Of a stretch of 64,000 nucleotides of DNA, positions 1 through 12,144 are shown piece after piece. Positions within the stretch are counted from its first letter, which is position 1. Each line of letters opens with the position of its first letter. Below the pieces are notes generated by a model. It saw only the letters and a list, made by a program, of their open reading frames with translations. It had not been told where the DNA came from and made no database searches. Source of the DNA: Takakia lepidozioides (lineage: Eukaryota > Plantae > Bryophyta). The position numbers were made by a program, and so were the translations under genes. The stretch is from positions 7,440,001-7,504,000 of the forward strand of contig CM060731.1 of NCBI GenBank assembly GCA_030704615.1, given 5' to 3'.

Positions 1-254
1 TGAAACGGCGGTGATGCACCACTTGGGTTCGAAAGGGTTGGACGAAAGTGTCTCCTCGTGGACTTTGCGTCATTACGAAATTCGAATCGTTCAGGGTACG
101 CCTGCCGTCCGAAAAACAAACATCATTATCCAACGGTCAGGCCGCGCCGCCTCATGCCCCTTCAGTCAGATAGAGTGCCGACATGTGCAGCAATTCCGTT
201 GCTCCACGTGTTCACATTTCAAGGCATTTCCGTCCCAGCGTCTGATGAGTTGGA

Positions 255-1735
255 GCGAAAATGCGAATGCGGCGCCGCATTTCCGTTAAGTACCATCACG
301 AAGCTACACATCCGTACTTGTTGGAAGAAAATGCGGCACCGCATTTCCGTTCCACCTTCACATACCTTAGTTGTTGAACGGAAATACGGTGCCGCATTTC
401 CGTCCCACAGCTCCATGTATGAGATTCAAAAGGGAAATGCGGCGCCGCATTTCCGTTCTGGAATGTCGAAAGGTGCGATTCGGACGGGAATGAGGCACAA
501 CATTTCAGTTCCCGTGGTTCATGATTTTCAATGTGAACGGAAATGCGGTACCGCATTTCCGTTCCCCCTTCACATACGTTAGTTGATGAATGGAAATGCC
601 GTGCCACATTTCCGTTCGGGAAAGTATAGAGGTCTCACCTGGACAGAAATGCGGTGCCGCATTTCCGGTCTGGAAAGTTTGAAGGTCTCACATGGATGGA
701 AATGCGGCAACACATTTCCGTAGCACAGCTCCAGGCCCCATATACAAAACGGAAATGCGGCGCCGCATTTCCGTTCTAGAATGTCGGAAGGTGCGACTCG
801 GACGGAAATGCGGTGCCGCATTTCTGTTCCCGTTGCGCACGATTTTCAGTCAGAACGGAAATGCGGTACCGCATTTCCGTTCTGTAGAGTATTAACGTCT
901 GACGCTGGCGGAAATGATGTGCCGCATTTTCGTTCCACAGCTCCATGCCTCACATACAAAACGGAAATGCGGCGCCGCATTTCCGTTTTGGAATGTCGGA
1001 AGGTGCGACTCCGACGGAAATGCGGTACCGCATTTCAGTTCCGATGTTTCAGGATATTTCATCAGAACGGAAATGCGGTGCCGCATTTCCGTTCTGGAAT
1101 GTTGGGAGGTGCGACTCGGATGGAAATGCGCTGCCGCATTTCAGTTCCGATGGTTCACGATTTTCAGTCAGAACGGAAATGCGGTACCGCATTTCCGTTC
1201 TGGATAGTATGAATGTCTCAAGCGGTCGGAATTGCGCTGTATGAAGCGGTCGGAATCGCACTCGGCTCCATGCATCAGATACAAAATGGAAATGCGGCGC
1301 CGCATTTCCGTTCTAGAATGTCGGAAAGTGCGACTCGGACAGAAATGCGGTACCGCATTTCCGTTATGGAGAGTATGAATGTCTTTTAAGGACGGAAATG
1401 TGCTGCAGCATTTCTATCCCTCAGCTCCATGCATCAGATACAAAATGGAAATGCGGCGCCGCATTTCCGTTCTGGAATGTCGAAAAGTGCGACTCGGACG
1501 GAAATGCGGTGCCGCATTTCTGTTCCCGTTGTTCATAATTCTCAATCAGAACGGAAATGCGGTACCGCATTTCCGTTCCACCTTCACATACCGTGCTTGC
1601 TGGATGGAAATGCGTTACCGCATTTCCGTTCTGGAGAGTATAAAGGTTTCCCCCGGACGGAAACTCGGTGCCGCATTTCCGTCGCTCTGGTGCATGACCA
1701 AGAAGCAAACGGAAATGCGGCGCCGTATTTCCGTC
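255..1735. repeat. Array of ~27 palindromes, consensus (AAC)GGAAATGCGGCGCCGCATTTCC(GTT), period ~53 bp with a higher-order ~210-bp repeat
   Basis: Perfect 22-28 bp palindromes (e.g. 748-775, 960-987) separated by ~26-bp spacers. The spacers recur, e.g. CACAGCTCCA near 406, 724, 936 and a variant near 1422. Confidence 0.95.
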
Positions 1736-2158
1736 CACCAGCAATCGAAAGAATCACTCGGGACGGGAAATCTGGAACCTGAATGGGTTGCATTGTTCCG
1801 AAACAACATTGCGGCCAGTCTTGATGAGCACAACTTGGTTGTCTGACCGTTTTAACTAACAGTCCTGGCACTTGTCAGTGCGAACGTTCCTGTCTGCACC
1901 GAGAATACTGCTGGATCCACCCTCAGGAGAAACTGTCAGGAGATGTTATTTCGTCGCCGAATCGGCCATCATTGTCATACTTACTGGCTATGGAATCAAA
2001 CCTCCCACCTTCATGCATGTAGCTTGAAACAATACTTTCCACTTCAATGTGCGACTTCCAATCGTCGATGGACTCCGCAGATCCACTTAGATGGTGCCTG
2101 TGAGCCTTGGTCTGTCGCTATACTGAACCTCGCACTTGCCAACTCCGTGCGGTGTTCG

Positions 2159-5100
2159 ATGGCTCCGAATTCCTACGCTATAGTTTGCTGTCCTCCGCAA
2201 CTTGGGAGAGCCTGGATCCCAAACGAGGGAGGACTTTGCAGAGTGACTGAAACTTACCTTTGTTCCAAATTCAAGCTCAAACCGGGCACAGTTTATTTGG
2301 AAGAAGAAAGGAAGGATGTTCCTGGACAGGTTGACGAGACCATTGTCGTGCTAGGTAACGACGGAGGTTGCGGAATCGAATGGCACGTTCCCCCATCAGA
2401 CACCATCCTGTACCGAGCTGTGGGAATGCCCATTCCCTTTCCGAATCAGTCGCTGCCCACACCATCCACAAAGGAGTCCGGAAACCGAGAGGCGGCCACT
2501 GCCAACAGAGAGGTATGCAACGATAATCATTCCCGACCTGGACCGTCAAGACCCTCCATAGCTTCTCGTGTGGACGTATTCGACATTTCCGACGAGGAAG
2601 ATGATTGCATTGAGGTACCCATGTCCTCCACACGGTCGTTCAAATCCGGCATGGACGTCTCTGTAGGTGCTACGATGTGCCCTCGAGCATAACTCCAACC
2701 CGGTCCATTGTGCAGCTCCTACGACAACATCACCTCGATGGTTCTCGCTCCGAGCTGGCTGCTCTCGACTATGCCAAATTCCCAGTCAGAAAGGTAACGT
2801 TTCTGCCTCCCGAAGTCGATGGCAATGTCATCTTCGAGTTTCCACCTGTTTCTTCGTCAAACAAAGCCTCCGGGATGTTAACAGACATGGATCGAAAGCA
2901 TGACGGACACCCCTGGTGTGTGACGAAGACCAGTAGCACGAAAATTGCTGATGGTGTTCGTGTACGATATGTCCTCTGTGCGGGGAAGCTGAGGTGCCTC
3001 AATCCCACCTGCTTCCACTTTCTCTCCAAAGGAGGGCGGAGAAACGAGACGGATTGGACTGGCACAACGCATCATCCATTCATTGTCTCCAGCCAAGCTC
3101 CTGCGGGTTCTTTCAAGTGTGCACATTGCAAAGAACCACCGACGTGCATGTCCATGTGCAGAGCCAAGCAATATTACGTTATCCATTTGCTCCCGGACTT
3201 GACTAGAGCTTGCATACACGTTGGGGTCCACTGCCACCCCTTGGCGAGAGGCAACATGCGTGAGGCTGTGCAGGAAGCACACGACATCATAAAAGAGGAG
3301 GTGAAATTGAGCCCCGGAGCCAGACCAAAGCAGATTCAGCTGAAGGCAGCCCACAAGATTGCTCTTGGCAAAATCATGTCTGAAGATGGTTCCGACCGAG
3401 AGCCCTTGACCGAAGACGAGATGCGTGACCTCTTGGAGTCCGTCTCGCACGTTTGTAGTCCGAATGTGCGGAATCACATCGTATCTTGCAAGCAGGAGTT
3501 CGGCAGGGGTCGGACATGTACTCAATCCTGGAGGTGAAACGAATGACTGGATATGACTACATCCAAGGTAGCAGGTTTCCAGGGCAAGGCAGCGAATCCG
3601 ATCGTTGTTACATTTTCAAAATGTCGACGTGTGGGCCTGGGAGTGGAGTCGACTTGGTCACTCGCATGACAACTGGAAACTTGTCGAATGCTTGGGTGAT
3701 GTTTGATCACATCAAGCGAATTACAAACCATCAGTGGGTGACTATGGGTGCGCATGTTTATGACTATCACTCCAAGAGGCTCATGACGATTGCAATCTGC
3801 GAGATGAAAGGGGAGGACACACAGTCCGAGATGCATCTGTGGGAGGGCATAAACGAGCAGATGGCAAGGGCGGGATTGCCAGAGCCCAATTTCAGGGGAT
3901 TCATGGCAGACAACGCTCAGGCCAACTGGGCAGCGGTGCGGCGTGTGTACGGTGAGGACCCCAATGTTCCAATGGAGGGGAAAGAGAGATCCTGTGGATT
4001 CCATTGGATGCAGAGTCTATCCCACTACACTACCAAATTTGTTGCTAGCTCATTCCAGGCTGAACACCGTGTCCTTTGTACGGCGTGGAAGGATGCACCC
4101 ACATTTGATGACGCGGAGGTTAAGTTTGCTATCATCGAGGCTTGGTGGAACACGTCAGGTGCAGTGGAGACAACCAATCTGGGAGCATTGCACAGCTGGT
4201 TGGGGTGGTGGCATTTTCGGTATCGACAGTTCGGACAGTACATGCGGGAGGTAGGCTGCTGTCAATTTCGTTCATTTGTCTTTCTGTTACGGACATTTCG
4301 ATTGGTCCCTCACCATTGTTTGTGTCCTTCTAGGAGCGGTGCTTGGATTCCGACACGGACATGCCGAACACGAATATGGCAGAATCGGTCCACTCCTCCT
4401 GGCGAGCGTCTTCTGCCGCACATCTGGTGGACGTAGTGACGGCCACAACGGAGGACATCGACAGAGCAATCATGCAGCAAGCCACGTACTACAAGTTCCT
4501 GAGCGGCAAACAATGGGGCTTTGGGCCGGACAGGGAGGAATTGTTGGTACGAACAGCTTCGAGGTCCAAGAATCCAGTGAAATGGGCGACAGCATTGCGA
4601 GAGAAGATCAAAGGGACGCCTCTGCACCGCAGAGGTGAACACCTAGAGGGGGACGTCCGGACTCGCCCTGTCAGGCGGAGGATTGAAGAGGAACCCGGGT
4701 GCGAAGAGGATTCCTGGAGATCCGACAGGAACATTCGGACAGCACCTCGAGGTCCCGTCATGTTGCCGCACAATGTGTCTTCCAGCAGTGGAAGCCCAAG
4801 AAATTCCAGATCGCCGTCGCCTTCAACCGGGGATTTCGTGCAAAAAATTCCCACCGCTCCCTTGCCCCAGATTCCGCCCGCTGTTATGCAGTATGGCCAA
4901 GCCATTGTGGAGACGACTGTGTCTGCCTCACAGTGGAGAATTGCTCGCACAAAGCCGTCGTTTCGAGGAAGGTGTTCCGCAATTCGTGTGGATACACGGC
5001 AACGTTGTTTAGAGATGATAAGGAGGAATCCAGATGGGGCTGTCCCTGCTCCTACTTTTACAGGAAGATTTGTCCATGCAAAGTTTGCGGAGGCGACAAC

Positions 5101-5763
5101 CACCCAGTTCTGGTTCTGCAGGCACGACATTATGACTTGCGTGTATGGAAAACCCAAGTACGGCATACAAACAATGCCAGAGGCTCCCCCGGTGTGGCCG
5201 GTGGAACCAGGCTGCGATCTGAGTCAGGTTGAGGCCGACGCCCTTACCGCCGCAGGATTTCGGATGGTGCAGCGCACTGACGTCCCCAGAGAACCATTTC
5301 CGCTTCCACAGCCTCCACCACCGACCCCTGTGAGAGCAAGAACAATGGGACACGACAGCTCTAAGCATCCTACACACCGTTGGGGGAAACCGAAGAGGCG
5401 GCGACCTCCCTCAAAAGTGAACGAGACAAGGATGGGGAATGCACTTCGGATGAACTGTACAATCCAGAGCTCGACAGAAGTGCCCCCACCAGATTCGGGC
5501 GTGTGTATCAGATGGCCACGGCGGGCTCAGCTGTTCGCAATGAGGTGTACACCATCACCATTTCAGAATTACCCACCTGCAATTGCACCGACTTCCAGAT
5601 CATGGCGAACAAGGGGGCATCATACTGCCCTTGCAAGCATTTGTACTACGTGTACCTAAAGAGACTCCGTTGTAATTCCACAACTCATCACTTCATACAT
5701 GCACCAGGGTTGAGCCCCCAGGAGGTTCACACTCTTCTGAATATGGATCCAGGGGACCAGTGA
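2159..5763 (+). pseudogene. MULE transposase: GCM-like DNA-binding domain, DDE core, Cys-rich domain, C-terminal SWIM; one intron (4251-4333) and three frameshifts
   Basis: Motifs DGHPW...CAGKLRC..C...C..C...C...GVHCHP (WRKY/GCM1-like), VMFDH, FMADNAQA, CGFHW (CxxH), TNMAESVH, and CNC...CKH (SWIM). A phase-0 GT-AG intron joins ORF 3486 to ORF 4343. Frameshifts near 2680, 3508 and 5491. Confidence 0.88.
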
Positions 5764-6614
5764 GCTTGGCTTGCGGTCCCCATACAATGGTACGCCCATC
5801 CTTTTCGGATAGTAGAACTGTACTGCTGCCAGTACCTCAGACTCTGGCCACAGAAAGGTCCGACATATGTCTTGCCTACCAGTAACCTGTTTTGCTCGAA
5901 CTAAGATATTACTATATCGTTCACTTGTTTCCACGTGCATGTATTTTTGTATGTTGGAGGGTTCATGTTTTTCTGCTTTCCGAAAACTTGCTTTCCTCAT
6001 TCGACCTCCGACAAGGAAATGCGGCGCCGCATTTCCAAGTATCGTCGTAGGTACTGGTAGAGGCGGCCTTCGCCAACACCAAACCGCTCCGAAATTTCGC
6101 ACGTGCGAACCCTAATGCGGCACCCTATTTCCCAGTTCAGTTGCAAACCTTTCCCGCCGAATACCCGAAGAAGACAGAATTGTGAAGTACTGCAGACTGT
6201 ATTGGTGCAGACTCCATTGGTTCAATCGCGGCAAAAGGGTCAGCTTCATTCCAATGTTAAGGCATGTAAAACCGCGGAATACTCTATACAGGCCAGTATG
6301 CGACGTCCTTTTGCAGTGGTATACTGGATTTCCCGTTGCACGGTCACTTATTTCCATGAGCGGATCTAAAAAACCATGAGCGGACTTGTTACTGACGACA
6401 TATCTTCGCCGCATTACATGATCTGGAACGTCCAAAAACGGCAAGGTCAAATAAAAAACTATTATTTTAATACTTGTTTAATCTGCCGCATTTCCAAATT
6501 TGGAGGAATCCGCTCATGAAATCCGCGTATCTTAGACTTCGGCTCACCGCTCATGCGGCTCATGCGGCTCATGGCTCATGGCTCATGGTTTCTGCTCATG
6601 AAATAGTAAACCTC

Positions 6615-8402
6615 CTCCAGCTGAGGTACTCACGGACCAAGGGAGAGAGTTCTTGGGGGAGTTTCAGGCTTTGTGTGATAAAGCTTTGATAGACCATCGT
6701 ACCACTTCTCGGGATCATCCCGAGGCCGGTGGCTTGGCAGAGAGAGTGGTTCAAACAGTGAAGAAGGGTTTGCACAAGTATTGCTTGCAAAAGAGACACC
6801 AAGGAGATTGGGATCTTTATGTACCTTGGTTAGTCATGGGCTACAGGTTTAGCAAGCAAGCATCACTTGCCTCCTTCTCACCATATTTCCTTGTCTTTGG
6901 CCGAGAGCCGGATTTGTCTGCATCTATTCCCAGGGAGGCTGCAGTAGTCCTCAACCTTGATGATCCGGATGTGTGGACACAAGCATGTGCCCAGCACGCA
7001 AAGTTGGTTCAAGAGAGTCATGCCTATGGCTTTTGAGAACCTTGCTATTGCCCAACACCGAGACACATTGAGGTATGTCACTATACGTGGAGGGGGATAT
7101 CGGCCAGGTGTTCGGCGTTTCCACCCTGGGGACTATATGTATCTGCAGCAAACAGCACCTACGACCTTGGATGTCACAGCAGGACGTGTGATTCTAAGGG
7201 TCAGGGAGGTGTTGCCTTCAGGAGTGTTGATTCTGGAGGGTCAAGATGGCATGGTATGGAAGGACCATGTGCGTAATTGTGCGCCATGTCACCTTCTACA
7301 TGTGGATGGGTGGATAGATCCCAACCTTGCAGTGGTACCTGCAGGATTGCGTTGCATGTTATGTGGGCATGCTCGTGGTGCCGCCACTATGCTGGTGTGT
7401 GATCGATGCTCAAGAAGTTGGCACATGGGATGCTTGACACCACCTCTTGAGAGGGTTCCTGATAGAGATTGGTTATGTCCACACTACTTGGGATAGTGGC
7501 AGTGGATATGACTAGTGGCAGCTAACAAGACATGTGAGGCCAAGCTCATAGGAGTCAATACCCGAGATCTCAGGCTCAAGTTCACAGGTTGCAAGACGGC
7601 GACTAACGATGGGGCAACTCTTGTACCCGTCCTCTTGATCTATCGAGTTTGAGTGTAGTAGGGATAGTGGTGGAGGACTTAGTGAGGCTATGGCCACTAT
7701 CACATCTTGTGGCTACCTGGACTTAGAGGGACCTAAGCGCCAGCTAGGGGGGCGATTGTAATGGACTAGTGGCTGCACTAGTGGTGGCTAGTGGTTGTCT
7801 AGTGGCAACCTAGTGGTGCACTAGTGGTGGACTAGTGATAGACTAGTGTTTGGTGTGCACATGTGTTGTGTGGTTTTGGACAGCGATGTAGTTGTGTAGC
7901 AATATGTATGCGCACGACAACTGTCAAGTTATTTTACCACTAGTGTGAAGTTAGCTAGGAAATAGCTAGCTTTTATATAATGACATTTGGGATTGATCCA
8001 AGTGTCAATCCAGGGGCCAATATATGTTTGGGCACTTGACGTTGTTTTCTTCATGGCAGATCGCGATGGGCTCATCTTTCTCGAGTTGAGCCTCACCGCG
8101 TCTAGCTATGGCGCCGTAGTGTGGATTCCCCATGGCGTGGGGTGCACTTGGCTCGACTTAATATATGAGTGATGTTTCCATGTGCAAGTATGTGAGTTTG
8201 AGAGGGCTTGTGTGCTTGCATCATTCTTTTCTTTATCATTGTGATGGACTAGTGGCAGCCTAGTGATGGACTAGTGGCTGCACTAGTGGTGGCTAGTGGC
8301 AGTCTTGTGGTGGACTAGTGATAGACTAGTGTTTGGTGTGCACATGTGTTGTGTGGTTTTGGACAACGATGTAGTTGTGTAGCGATATGTATGCGCACGA
8401 CA
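6615..8402 (+). mobile_element. 3' part of Ty3/gypsy family A element: integrase tail, PHD, PPT and terminal repeats A(7757-7919)-AC-B(7922-8238)-T-A(8240-8402)
   Basis: Integrase core motifs, PPT AGGGGGGCGAT ending at 7756, and two 163-bp A copies. The element ends ...GCACGACA and is followed by AAGG of LINE sequence. Confidence 0.88.
6620..7496 (+). pseudogene. Ty3 integrase C-terminal half (rve) fused to a PHD finger
   Basis: LTDQGREF...HPEAGGLAERVVQTVK...SPYFLVFGREP; PHD CMLC...LVCDRC...WHMGCLTPPL...WLCP; frameshift near 7000. Confidence 0.9.
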
Positions 8403-10249
8403 AAGGGTTCGGGCATATGAAAATAATCGGGGGGCTAGAGCCGACGCCGTAACAGTCTGTTGGGAGTTGGGTGAGGGCACTAGGAGTACTGGTAGGTAAG
8501 CCACATATTCGCTTGGTTAGTTGAGTGATGTATTTGTCTAGTACTTTGAGATCCGGTAGGGAGAAGGGAGCGGCGTGAAAAGAGTATTGGACTTGTGGCT
8601 TAAGCACAGAGCCGATGATTGATAGTTTGGGTCTAATGGAGACAGGGGATTTAAGAAGAGCCAGACTTTTGTTAGATAGCTTAGCAAGTGTGGTGGTCTT
8701 CTGCACATGCCAGGTAAATGATGGGAATAGCTGGATGCCTACGTATGTGTAAGGCTCATCGGGTCCCAAAAAGGGGAAGGGGTTGTTTGGGTAATGGATA
8801 TAGAGTTTATAATGGGAAGCAATCTCAGTTTTTGTTAATTTACTGCGGTAGGTTGTTGCGGTAACGACGCACTTATGGAGGCTAAGTTCCATGCCTGACC
8901 ATAAGTTAAAGCGGGATAACTTGCTGACTTGTCGGTTGAGGTGTTGGGGTTTGTGAGCTAGGATAGCTAGGTCGTCAGCGTATGCGGCAGCGGAGATTTC
9001 ACTGAGGGAGGTTTTATAGTGATAGCCGAGATTTCCGCGTGCTAACCATCTTAGTAGAGGTTCTAAAATAATAATTAATAGGTATGGACTGAGGGTGTCA
9101 CCCTGGATGGTACCACGTAGGATAGGAATTAGGGGGGGTAGTACCATAGTATGAGCCGGAATATTCCGTAGTGCTGTTGGTATAAATGTTGCCAATGAGT
9201 TGGATGGCATCGATGGGATAACCGAGGTTCGTCATGATTGCAAGTAGTCTGGCATGGTCTAAGGATCCGAAGGCATTTTTAAAGTCTATATACAAGAGAT
9301 AGATATCTTGTTTAGTGAGCTTGGCATCTTTGAGGGCTGAGAGGACGTATTGTATTTGACGAGTTATATGCGTGGCTCGGAAGCCCTCTTGGGGGTCACT
9401 CAGAATATGGTGTTGTTCTCCGTAATTGGATAGCAGCGTGGTCAGTGTGATGGTAAACAATTTATAGATAGTATTGGCTAGGGCTATGGGTCTGTAGTTA
9501 CCGAGGTTAGTTGGGTCGCCTTTCTTAAATAGAAAGATGGTGCGGCTATGTTTCCAAGTAGGTGGGATACGCTTGAGTTGGTAACATAGTTTGAAAAATT
9601 TGAAGAAGAGGGTATGAAGATGGGGGTTGAGCGCTTGTAATATAGCGTTAGGAATCATATCTGGTCCAGGGGCTTTTGATTTGGGTAGACCTTTAAGGCA
9701 AGAGTCATAGAGATCTAGCGTGAATAGGTCATGTATGCGGTCCGTGGGTATCCCACGTTTGTCTAATGAGAAGCCGTCGAGGTCATGCCATGGGTAATGT
9801 TTGACTTTACATAAACAGTTGGGGTGGTGGTGGTCAGGGTGTAGGCATTTTGTGATAGCGAGCGTATATGAAGCGGATGTTTGTATCCATATTTCTTTGT
9901 TGATATCAGTGGGGCTTGTCAAGAAATGGCCCAATCGATGTTTAAGGCAGTCAATTGGTGGATTGAGCGTAGGGTTAAAGATGGCTTTGTGTGCTATTTT
10001 AGGATGGTCATGTAGGAGCTGGCCAAATGAGGTGATAAACTTTTTGTGGTTATCGCTAGCTTTTTGTTTAATTATAAGATCTGCGGCTTTTTTTGCGTCT
10101 CTTCCTAGCTTGGCGAGGGCAACAACCCATTTTCGGGATGGTACTGTGGTCCATAAGAGGAGGCAAGAGGGCTTGGCATACTGGGAGAGAGTTTAGGCAA
10201 ATAATGCGGGGGTCGCGTCTCCATTCTGTGTGATGATTGTTGGATGGGG
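8403..10249 (-). mobile_element. Non-LTR retrotransposon, middle fragment (RT domain)
   Basis: KAPGPD, NYRPIAL, QEGFR, YIDFKNAF, GTIQGDTLSP and AYADD in ORFs 9098-9934 and 8326-9210. Confidence 0.95.
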
Positions 10250-12144
10250 TGTCAAGTTATTTTACCACTAGTGTGAAACTAGCTAGGAAATAGCTAGCTT
10301 TTACATATTGACATTTGGGATTGGCTCAAGTGTCAATCCAAGGGTCAAGGCAGATTTAGGCCCTGGAGTGGTTATCTTCACGGCAAGCGCGGGAGGCTCA
10401 TTTTTCTTGAGTTGAGCCTCACCGCGCCTAGCTATGGCGCCGTAGTGTGGATTCCCCATGGCGTGGGGTGCACTTGGCTTGACTTGTATTTGAGTGATGA
10501 GGTTATATATGCATGAGTTTATGCTTCAGCTTTGTGAGCTCGCATGAGCTTGTGCTTGTATTCTTCTTCGTTATCACTCGAGAAAGATCAGCTCGAGTCT
10601 GTGAGTGCCATGTTCGAGTTGTTTTGTAGCACTTGTGTTTTCATGAGAAGCGGTTCAGCCTAGAGTGCAGGGATCCGTGCATGAGCCTATCCAAAGTGGA
10701 TAGAGTGCAAAGGCGAACAGGTTGCAGGTTTGCAATGGATAGAGAGGCGGGTAGCCTATGTTGAAGAGCGGCGTTGCATAGCTCAACGCTATGGAAACCA
10801 AGTTTGGGCTTCTAGTATGAAGCGGGGGAGATGCTGGTCTCGAGTGGGTGAACTGGTGGTCGTCTTCTTCAGCTGCAGGCCAAGTTAAGGAGCTACAGCA
10901 ATGTGGAGCTGCGAGGGTGTTAGATGTAAGTCACAGTTATCGGGAGCTCCAACTTCAAGCTCATAAGGAGGTATGAGTGAAGAGAGATGGCTGATTTCTC
11001 TTGTATGCAAGCCAATGCATTTGTGGCTATGTTGAGTTGGGGGTTTCAATTTGAAACTCCAGCAGTATGAGGGCTCTTGCCATGGCAAGAGCGGGGCTGG
11101 AACAAGAGCTAAGAGGTGTGGCAAGGCCATGGAATGTGCACCTAGGGTTTCAGAGCTTGGAAAAAAGTTCTTGCACCACAAGAGGAGTGTCTTGTGGCTG
11201 GAAATGTAAACCTTAGGGTTTCAGGAGCTTGGCAAGGGCTGTGGAATGCTTAGTCTTGTCTTAGAGAGCATCAAGGAGCCAAGGAGCCAAGATAGGGGGC
11301 TGATATCTCTTATGTGAAGAGGTTGCATGTGTGGAGCATGTATTCAGCTCATTGAAGCTTCCATCTTCAAGCTTGGAGGGCAAGCAAGGAAGAGGGAAGG
11401 GCTGACTTCCCTTATGTGAGGGCAATGCATGTGTGGAGCATGCTATCAGCCTGGTGAAGGCTTGCACTTTCAGGTGTGGGAGTGCAAGAAAGGAAGGAAG
11501 GGGCTGGTTTCCCTGTAGGGCATGTGGAGCATGCTTTCAGCCTGCTGAAGCTTGTATTTTCAGGTTTGTGGGTGCAAGAAATGAAGCAAAGGAGCTGATT
11601 CTCTTATGGTGAGAGTGGGGCATGTGTGGAGCATGCCTTCAGCCCATTGAGGCTCTTGTTTTCAAGCTTTAGAGAGCTAGAACGGAAGGTCTAGGGCTGG
11701 TTTCCACTTGGAGTGAAAGAAAAGCACTTGTAGGGCCTATGTGAGTTGGGGTTTCAACTTCAAGCTTGAAGGGAGCGCAACTCTTGAAGAAGCAGGTGTA
11801 GGGGGCTGGAATAGGCTCTAAGACAAATGCTATGGCCAAGGAGAGTGCTTGAATGAGTGCTCACAAGGGCTGGGAACCAGCAGGGCTTGGTTGTTTGCCA
11901 TTGAGTTTAGTAGCGTGTTTGGGGAGGCTAAGTGAGAAAGAAGGCTTGGTTTGTGGCAACCACCTCATGGCTTAGGGCTACTAAGATGGTGTGTGGGAGC
12001 CGAAAGAGCAAGAATACCTTGCTGATTTCCTCACAACCGCCATAGCTCGGTGGAAAGAAGCCTAGAGTCCAAGAGACACAAACCTTAGCTTGGCGTGGCT
12101 AAACCCCTTGGAGAAATGGCTAAACTGCCAGAGCGGCCATGGAT

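Larger units (their letters stand above)
1..6614 (+). mobile_element. Mutator-like DNA transposon MULE-1 (left end outside window), inserted into a Ty3 integrase gene
   Basis: Carries a MULE transposase (2159-5763). Ends in GCTCATG repeats plus ...GCTCATGAAATAGTAAACCTC (6614), the reverse complement of the 21-nt terminus at 60264. Integrase coding sequence (PAEVLTDQGREF) resumes immediately after 6614. Confidence 0.85.

Noticed and set aside
255-1735. CRISPR array
   Set aside because: Spacers recur in a higher-order period, there are no cas genes, the context is eukaryotic and the array lies inside a MULE.
11-1871. Many short ORFs over repeat arrays (also 12085-13332, 21578-22120, 34266-37895, 52142-53514)
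   Set aside because: They arise from repeat periodicity in all frames and show no protein motifs.
8240-10576. A single ordinary LTR interrupted by a LINE insertion
   Set aside because: The LINE piece has no ends or tail of its own. The B segment at 10250 is a different subfamily from 7922-8238, and the 8403 flank pairs by TSD and reading frame with 40624.
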